A DNA stretch of 64,000 bases from a virus. The notes under the pieces are model-generated. The model had not been told where the DNA came from. It was given only the letters and a program-made list of their open reading frames with translations, and ran no database searches. Within the stretch, counting starts at the first letter, position 1; every line of letters begins with the position of its first letter. Made by a program: the position numbers and the translations under genes. The stretch spans positions 9,824 to 73,823 of the IMG/VR virus record IMGVR_UViG_3300027541_000218; one strand, 5' to 3'. Below are positions 58,312-64,000 of this stretch, one piece after another.

Positions 58312-59303
58312 TATAAAACTCCTGGAGTGCCAAAGTTTGTTATGTATTTCTGTAGAATTTTATCTACTAATATATTTCCAGTGCCTTCTAACGCAGACTT
58401 ATCAATTTGAATTTTATATTGATCAGTAGAGTAGTTAGTAATATACCTCTTATGGTATTCCATCTTACCGCACTTGATATCTTCAATTAACATTTTTGTA
58501 GCATCTTGAATTTCATATGGAACAACCTTATAGCCAGTTTCTAAATGAAATAGATAATTAAATGTTACTGGAAATGTTACTCCAGGTGCGACTGCTAAAG
58601 TTACTGTGCTATCTTCTGTATCATAAAGATAGATTGAGTCTGATTCTCCAAGTGGAACTCCTTTTGGTGTTCCTATTTGACGAATATATGATTGATCGCC
58701 CATCTGGGTCCACTCTTTAAGAATGGATGTTTTATCTTTGCTAAGTAGATAAATCCATTGGCTATCGTTTTGTGTTTGTGGGGTAGCATCATAATCCCAA
58801 ACAAGTTGATTATTTTCGTATGCTTTTAAAATTGTGTATGTTCTGTCCCAAATAGGCATGTAATCTGATCCATTACCATTTGTTTCATACCAAGAGCGCT
58901 CATAATAAAATCCGCCAGGTACTATAGAGTCAATAATTGCTCTTGCTATATTTTCCCACTCTGTATAGTTTGCAATATCTGTTGCTGTTCCATCTGCATT
59001 GGTCTGAGCCAATCTAATTGGATTAACATATGGTCTAGCAATATCTAGATTGTCTTCTACTACAATTTCTGCCTGTTCCCCATCAACAATAGAATAAATT
59101 GCTAAATAGTATGACTCATCATACGAGTTAAACATATTAGAAAGAGTATAACTAATTTGAGCATTGGCATCTGATGTTATATTTTCTTCTACTTCATTAA
59201 CATTTCTTGTACCCTGATTAATAATTAATAGATACTCTGTATTAGCATCTGGCACATCATATGTGATGGTCAGTGGGTATGGGGGTAAACGTAGAATCTG
59301 CAT
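58311..59303 (-). CDS. Head-tail adaptor
   Basis: GYKVVPYEIQDATKML, TGNILVDKILQKY. Confidence 0.65.
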   Translation of the reverse strand: MQILRLPPYPLTITYDVPDANTEYLLIINQGTRNVNEVEENITSDANAQISYTLSNMFNSYDESYYLAIYSIVDGEQAEIVVEDNLDIARPYVNPIRLAQTNADGTATDIANYTEWENIARAIIDSIVPGGFYYERSWYETNGNGSDYMPIWDRTYTILKAYENNQLVWDYDATPQTQNDSQWIYLLSKDKTSILKEWTQMGDQSYIRQIGTPKGVPLGESDSIYLYDTEDSTVTLAVAPGVTFPVTFNYLFHLETGYKVVPYEIQDATKMLIEDIKCGKMEYHKRYITNYSTDQYKIQIDKSALEGTGNILVDKILQKYITNFGTPGVL

Positions 59304-59659
59304 TAGATCTTACCGTAGTGTTTGGCTACCTCTGCTGGAGTTGCTTCACGAACAGATTTCTTGGTAAGCCACTTTACGGATGCCTCCTTTGTGACAATAT
59401 TATATCCTTTTTCAAGGCTACCCACACCGTTCCAATAAATGTTTCCTTTTGAGAAAAGTGCTACCTTTTCTTTTGGAGTCATTGCTGCTGCTTTTCTTTC
59501 TTCTTCATCTTGTCTAGGAACAAAAGGAAGAATTGCCTCTAACAATTCCTGCTTTGTAGTTGCTCCAAGAGTATCAATTTTGTTCTTTTTTGCATATGAC
59601 TTTAATTCAAGAACAGTTTTCTTTGAAAATTCTTCTACTACTTCTTTTGTTGTTGCCAT
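59303..59659 (-). CDS. Head-associated protein with Rho-N/HeH-like domain
   Basis: TVLELKSYAKKNKI...TKQELLEAI. Confidence 0.6.
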   Translation of the reverse strand: MATTKEVVEEFSKKTVLELKSYAKKNKIDTLGATTKQELLEAILPFVPRQDEEERKAAAMTPKEKVALFSKGNIYWNGVGSLEKGYNIVTKEASVKWLTKKSVREATPAEVAKHYGKI

Positions 59660-59689
59660 AAATCCTCCACTGCTATTATATCAGAATTA

Positions 59690-59914
59690 CTATTTTCTAC
59701 TTGCTCTTAATGTTTGTGGTTTTCTTATTCCTGCTGGAGTACCAGATATTGTTATATTTTCACCAAATATAGGTGTTGGAATATTACCTAATACATTTGT
59801 TTGCATAATCATACCTTGTGGACCCATTACCATTACCCCACCAACTCCACCTACTGCAATTGCTCCATCGCCATCGTGTTGATGTGAGACTGTTGGATTT
59901 CCTGGATATGACAT
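59690..59914 (-). CDS. Stand-alone paralog of the major capsid N-terminal arm
   Basis: YPGNPTVSHQHDGDGA versus MCP YPGSPTVSHNHQGDGA. Confidence 0.8.
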   Translation of the reverse strand: MSYPGNPTVSHQHDGDGAIAVGGVGGVMVMGPQGMIMQTNVLGNIPTPIFGENITISGTPAGIRKPQTLRASRK

Positions 59915-59929
59915 TTTATTTCCTTAAGT

Positions 59930-59967
59930 GATAAGGGAGGACAGATTTTTTGTCTGCCCTCCCTATC
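59930..59967 (-). terminator. Hairpin after the major capsid gene
   Basis: GGGAGG...CAGA/TCTG...CCTCCC stem. Confidence 0.65.
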
Positions 59968-59985
59968 GGTTAGTTTTTTAAACTA

Positions 59986-61125
59986 TTATGCGGTTGGATC
60001 AACTGCTGCATCTGCGTAAGCAACTGCATCAAGTTCTTCCCATTGAATACCAAAGCGTACAAAGACGGTATACTCAATTGTATCCTTCTTTGGCTTGTAT
60101 TCACGGTTTACAGTGATATCACGCTGGAAACCCCATACACGGTTTGCAGGGAATGTCAAGTCGACATAATCTGCTGGGTAGTAAGGAACTTCCATAACAT
60201 CCACTCCGAGAACACGAGTTGTACGTGCTCCACCGAATGTCTGTCCCATACCATCAAGATAGTCTTGACGGTTACGCTCTGTACCACCAGTACGTGGAGC
60301 AAATGCTTCAGCAATAGCGTCAGCGAGTGTTCCGTTGTTCTTAACAATACCTGCGAATGCATCAGTACCTGCGTAGAACTTTAGGTTCTGCTTTAGGGCA
60401 CGATACTTACGTGGCATTGCAAGGATAATGTCCTGCATTACCTCTGTAGTCCAGTTGTCATCTGTAACTGTAACGGCTGCTTCGTGAGCATCTCCGTCAT
60501 TTTCAACTTTGTGAACGAAACCTTCCATGATTGAAAGGAAGTCGCCAGTTGAACCATCACCGTTGATAGCGAGGTCTTCGATATCGTTAGCGAATGCGTT
60601 TGTCATCAAGCGAACTAGATGATCTTCAAGCGCACCACCTTCAATATTGTCTTCAAGTGCTTCAGTTGAAACTTCCCAATCAAGACGAATCTTCTTGGTT
60701 GTGAGTTCTACCTTAGTAAATGTAGCACCAGCGTTTGTATAATTGTTGTTTGCCTGTGCAGCAGCACGAATTACACGTTCACCCACGTTAACTTTTTCAA
60801 GTTCCATGGTGTTTGCTCGCATAGTAACTCTACGACCATCTTTGGCGAGAACTGTTGCATCCCACACATAGTCGATGAAGCGGCGAGCCTGCTCTGGAAG
60901 GAGAATACCTCCTGGTGTACCAGTTGGATTAACTGCGTTTGGACCAGAAGTTACACCCCATTCAGGAGTAGCAATGTTACCCAAGTTTGCACCAATATCA
61001 GATGTGGATGGGTTGGTTGCTGTTGCACCACCGATATCACCTGAAGCGAAAGCACCATCACCTTGGTGGTTGTGCGATACTGTTGGAGAACCTGGATAGT
61101 TCTTTACGATTTCTTGTTCCGACAT
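59986..61125 (-). CDS. Major capsid protein (HK97 fold)
   Basis: GGILLPEQARRFID, EALEDNIEG, EDLAINGD; AGGAGG SD; follows protease-scaffold. Confidence 0.92.
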   Translation of the reverse strand: MSEQEIVKNYPGSPTVSHNHQGDGAFASGDIGGATATNPSTSDIGANLGNIATPEWGVTSGPNAVNPTGTPGGILLPEQARRFIDYVWDATVLAKDGRRVTMRANTMELEKVNVGERVIRAAAQANNNYTNAGATFTKVELTTKKIRLDWEVSTEALEDNIEGGALEDHLVRLMTNAFANDIEDLAINGDGSTGDFLSIMEGFVHKVENDGDAHEAAVTVTDDNWTTEVMQDIILAMPRKYRALKQNLKFYAGTDAFAGIVKNNGTLADAIAEAFAPRTGGTERNRQDYLDGMGQTFGGARTTRVLGVDVMEVPYYPADYVDLTFPANRVWGFQRDITVNREYKPKKDTIEYTVFVRFGIQWEELDAVAYADAAVDPTA

Positions 61126-61152
61126 ATTGTTCACCTCCTAAGTGAATATACC

Positions 61153-62475
61153 TTAACTAAATAGGTCGGCATTTGTGAGGAAACGACCGCCCCATAGGGA
61201 TTTTTGAACCTGACGTACAGGTTCCTGCACGATCTCGCCTAGATCGCCAGACTTGCGGAAAGCAGTATCTTTTTCTACAAGATCTACTCGCTTTCCAAAC
61301 TCATTAAAAGTGCTCTTTACTTGGCTTACCTCACTTGCTACAGACTTTACTTCGCCTGTAACTGTTTCAAGAGACTTTGTAATTGCTTCAACATTGGCTT
61401 GCATAGCCTTTACTGTATCAGCAAGATTGCTCAAGGCATTAGTTAGAGAGTTATTAATTTCTTCCACAGACTTTGCAACTTCTGCTGTTGCATTAACAAC
61501 TGCTTCTACTGCATCATCTGCTTCTTCAGCAACAGGAGCGTCTGCAACAACTGCATCTGCTTCTGCCACTGCCTCTGCTACTGGCTCTTCCGCTGCTGCT
61601 TCTTCAGCAACAACTTCAGTAGCCTCTGCTACAGCATTATCTGCTGGAGCCTCGGGAGCAACCTCAACATTTTCAACTTTTGTTGCATCTGCGACAACTA
61701 GTGTCTCTTCTGCAATAACAGTTTCTTCTGTCATAGGATTTTCCTCCTTTGTAATCTTAATTGTCCTAATGCCTTTTGCACTATCAACTAAGAACTTTAC
61801 GGTATCAATATCATTCTGATCTTCAACAAAGCCAATGTTTTTCATTGACCCGCTGCATGTTGGACATGATTCATCAGATTCTTTAGAGAGTCTTACAATA
61901 TCATCAGTGTTGCACCAATAAACTGTATCAACTACAGTCTTTGCAAGGAATCCACCAATTTGTCCCTTTTCAATAGAAACAACATTAGCAAATTGATTTG
62001 CAGGATTATCTACAAGAGATAATTCATGCAATTCATATTCCTTAACAATTCTTATTGCCTTTTCTAGTTCTTCATCGTAAGAGTCCATTGACTTTGTAAT
62101 ATTCCCTCCGATAGAAAAACCAGTTAGTGTGCCATCAAGAACTTTTTCCCAAGTATCTTGTGCACCCTTTGAAACATATGCAGAAACATAAACACCGCTA
62201 TAAAAGTTTTTTGACTTTGGATCAAAATAACGATCTTCCTTAAATGAAACTACTTTGCCTACTGCTGTAGGTTGATGCATTTCACGTAAGTTACCACGGA
62301 ATTTCTTAAATGCTTCAAGGCTGGCTTCTGTTGTAACAATGTCGTTTTGCTTATCAATATTATCTAGTGTCGCAAAGCCAGAAACAATTCTGCGTTCTTT
62401 GTCGACTTTTCCGATAGGCATCGAAAAGCGAACATTGTCGCCATCAGTAGTCCAGTGTGCTTTATTTATAGTCAT
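61153..62475 (-). CDS. Prohead protease fused to acidic/coiled-coil scaffold
   Basis: REMH, GFSIGG, ELSLVDNPAN; Glu/Ala-rich C-half. Confidence 0.9.
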   Translation of the reverse strand: MTINKAHWTTDGDNVRFSMPIGKVDKERRIVSGFATLDNIDKQNDIVTTEASLEAFKKFRGNLREMHQPTAVGKVVSFKEDRYFDPKSKNFYSGVYVSAYVSKGAQDTWEKVLDGTLTGFSIGGNITKSMDSYDEELEKAIRIVKEYELHELSLVDNPANQFANVVSIEKGQIGGFLAKTVVDTVYWCNTDDIVRLSKESDESCPTCSGSMKNIGFVEDQNDIDTVKFLVDSAKGIRTIKITKEENPMTEETVIAEETLVVADATKVENVEVAPEAPADNAVAEATEVVAEEAAAEEPVAEAVAEADAVVADAPVAEEADDAVEAVVNATAEVAKSVEEINNSLTNALSNLADTVKAMQANVEAITKSLETVTGEVKSVASEVSQVKSTFNEFGKRVDLVEKDTAFRKSGDLGEIVQEPVRQVQKSLWGGRFLTNADLFS

Positions 62476-62516
62476 GGCAGTATTATTATAGCAAACCTTT
62501 TGACATGTTTTCTCAA

Positions 62517-64000
62517 TTATTGAGACGCTCTACCTTCACCTTGTGGATTTCTTCCATCAATGGTTGCAGGAGAGTCAGATACGTTATTTGCTCTTTCGGC
62601 ATCTCTTTCACGGTTACCCGCTAAATTTGCACGAGCATCTGTTGCTTGTCTTGGAGTCATAGTAAATGGAGTGCTACCGTCACCGTCTGGTCTTGGTGGC
62701 AAATCTAACATTTCACGAGCCTCGTCAGGCGTAATAACCTGAGTCTTGACATATCTTTCAATAATTTGAGACTGAGCAATTTCATCCGTTAAGGTCATTT
62801 CATTAAACTTTAACTGAAGAATATCTGTTTTTTCTTTAATAATCTTATTGACCATTTTTTCAAGTTGTGCTTGTGCTGGTCTAGCAACCTGTTCTTTAAA
62901 TGTTCTATCTTGAGACATTGCTGCAGCAATAGCAGCAGAATCTGAACCTCCAAGTTTAGAAATAGGAACTTGGTGTGCTACAAGAATATCATCACGGTTT
63001 TGTTTACGATATTTTTCAAACGATGCTTCTTGTACAGAAGTCTCAACTGGATCCATCTTAAACTCAACCTTATTGTTGTCAGTATCTCCAGGAAGTGGGA
63101 TATATAGGGTTCTATGGTTCTGACCCTTTAGACCTGTCTGCAAGAATCTAAACATCTTATCTTCTGCGTCTGCAGAAAGTTTGGCACCTTTGACCGTAAT
63201 GATATAACGTGGTGCACCCTTGTTTTGGAAATAATCAATATTATATTGAGCAGCCAAAGAGTCTCCAATAAGAGAAGAAACTGCAGAAATAATATCTGGA
63301 ATTCCATAATAGGTGTTTAAAGGAGAATACTCTTTGATATGAATAATTTCATTTGGACGTGTATCTGTAGTCATTGGGTTTGGATTAGTTGCTCCAAAAT
63401 TACGGAAATAAACAACCTTCTGTCCAATGATCTGAACAAATCCATCACGAAGACGGCGTACACGAATAGTTGTAGATGGAATATGTCCTACATATCCAAT
63501 CTCTCCAGATACTGTTCTTCCTATTTCTAAAAAGCCATTACCTGTAGCCTGAAGATCTGTATAAATTTTTTCCATTGTATTTGTAAATGAATCATCATCA
63601 TTAAGTGACTCTAGCCACTCACGAATTTCTAGTTTCATTCTTTCAATACGACGACGTGCTCTATCTACCGCTCCTGAATCACCATTAGTTTCAAAGCGAA
63701 GCATTGTGCGGTCTGTAATATCAAAACGATATCCAAGACCAACAACATTTTCTACTTTAGCATCAATGGCTGCGTGATTGGCAAAAGATGTATCATAATA
63801 ACTTGCTAACTCATACATGTTGTATGGTGGTGTAATTACATCAAATAGTCCATAACCATTTCGGTATACCGTTCCAGGATTAATCTGCTTAGAACCACTA
63901 CCGTCTTGTCCCATTGGAATAGCGTTAGCATTTTCCAAATAACGGGCTGTTGGTTCTACCGCATTGTATCCGTAAACCTTAGAAACATTTCTTGTAGTTC
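62517..64000 (-). CDS. Portal protein (5' end beyond window)
   Basis: TGNGFLE, YYGIPD, FQNKGAP, ITPDEAREML; frame open to the window edge. Confidence 0.92.
   Translation of the reverse strand, partial: TTRNVSKVYGYNAVEPTARYLENANAIPMGQDGSGSKQINPGTVYRNGYGLFDVITPPYNMYELASYYDTSFANHAAIDAKVENVVGLGYRFDITDRTMLRFETNGDSGAVDRARRRIERMKLEIREWLESLNDDDSFTNTMEKIYTDLQATGNGFLEIGRTVSGEIGYVGHIPSTTIRVRRLRDGFVQIIGQKVVYFRNFGATNPNPMTTDTRPNEIIHIKEYSPLNTYYGIPDIISAVSSLIGDSLAAQYNIDYFQNKGAPRYIITVKGAKLSADAEDKMFRFLQTGLKGQNHRTLYIPLPGDTDNNKVEFKMDPVETSVQEASFEKYRKQNRDDILVAHQVPISKLGGSDSAAIAAAMSQDRTFKEQVARPAQAQLEKMVNKIIKEKTDILQLKFNEMTLTDEIAQSQIIERYVKTQVITPDEAREMLDLPPRPDGDGSTPFTMTPRQATDARANLAGNRERDAERANNVSDSPATIDGRNPQGEGRASQ

Noticed and set aside
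1-64000. Stop-codon reassignment; integrase or prophage boundary
   Set aside because: Genes are full length and densely packed in the standard code, there is no suppressor tRNA, and no integrase or host-like flank is present.

Overview
A 64-kb segment of an AT-rich tailed phage with siphovirus-type tail genes. The host is probably a freshwater Actinomycetota; this is inferred from WhiB, an MSMEG_6728-like glycosylase, FmdB- and XapX-like microproteins and many leaderless or extended -10 promoters. Positions 1-9.8 kb (+ strand) hold a collagen-like protein, a carbamoyltransferase, five tRNAs interrupted by a ~150-nt pseudoknotted non-tRNA element, a PD-(D/E)XK-like nuclease and a glycosyltransferase/methyltransferase island. 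Positions 9.8-64 kb (- strand) run, in transcription order: portal (truncated), protease-scaffold, major capsid, neck and tail genes, tape measure, replication genes (DnaB, primase, SSB, DnaE, MazG, RecA, Cas4-like, RuvC-like), terminase, a secreted/membrane and lysis module, a proteostasis cluster (HslV-like, subtilase, Hsp20, thioredoxin) and small accessory genes. The main candidate novelties are: (1) an apparent capsid cargo-loading system, in which two distant genes share the scaffold's C-terminal W-x-G-x(1,2)-F peptide and hydrophobic-x-K putative cleavage sites; (2) a free-standing duplicate of the major capsid N-arm; (3) tail chaperones G and GT encoded by gene duplication instead of frameshifting; (4) two candidate structured ncRNAs. 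All calls come from reading motifs by eye; no database searches were run.
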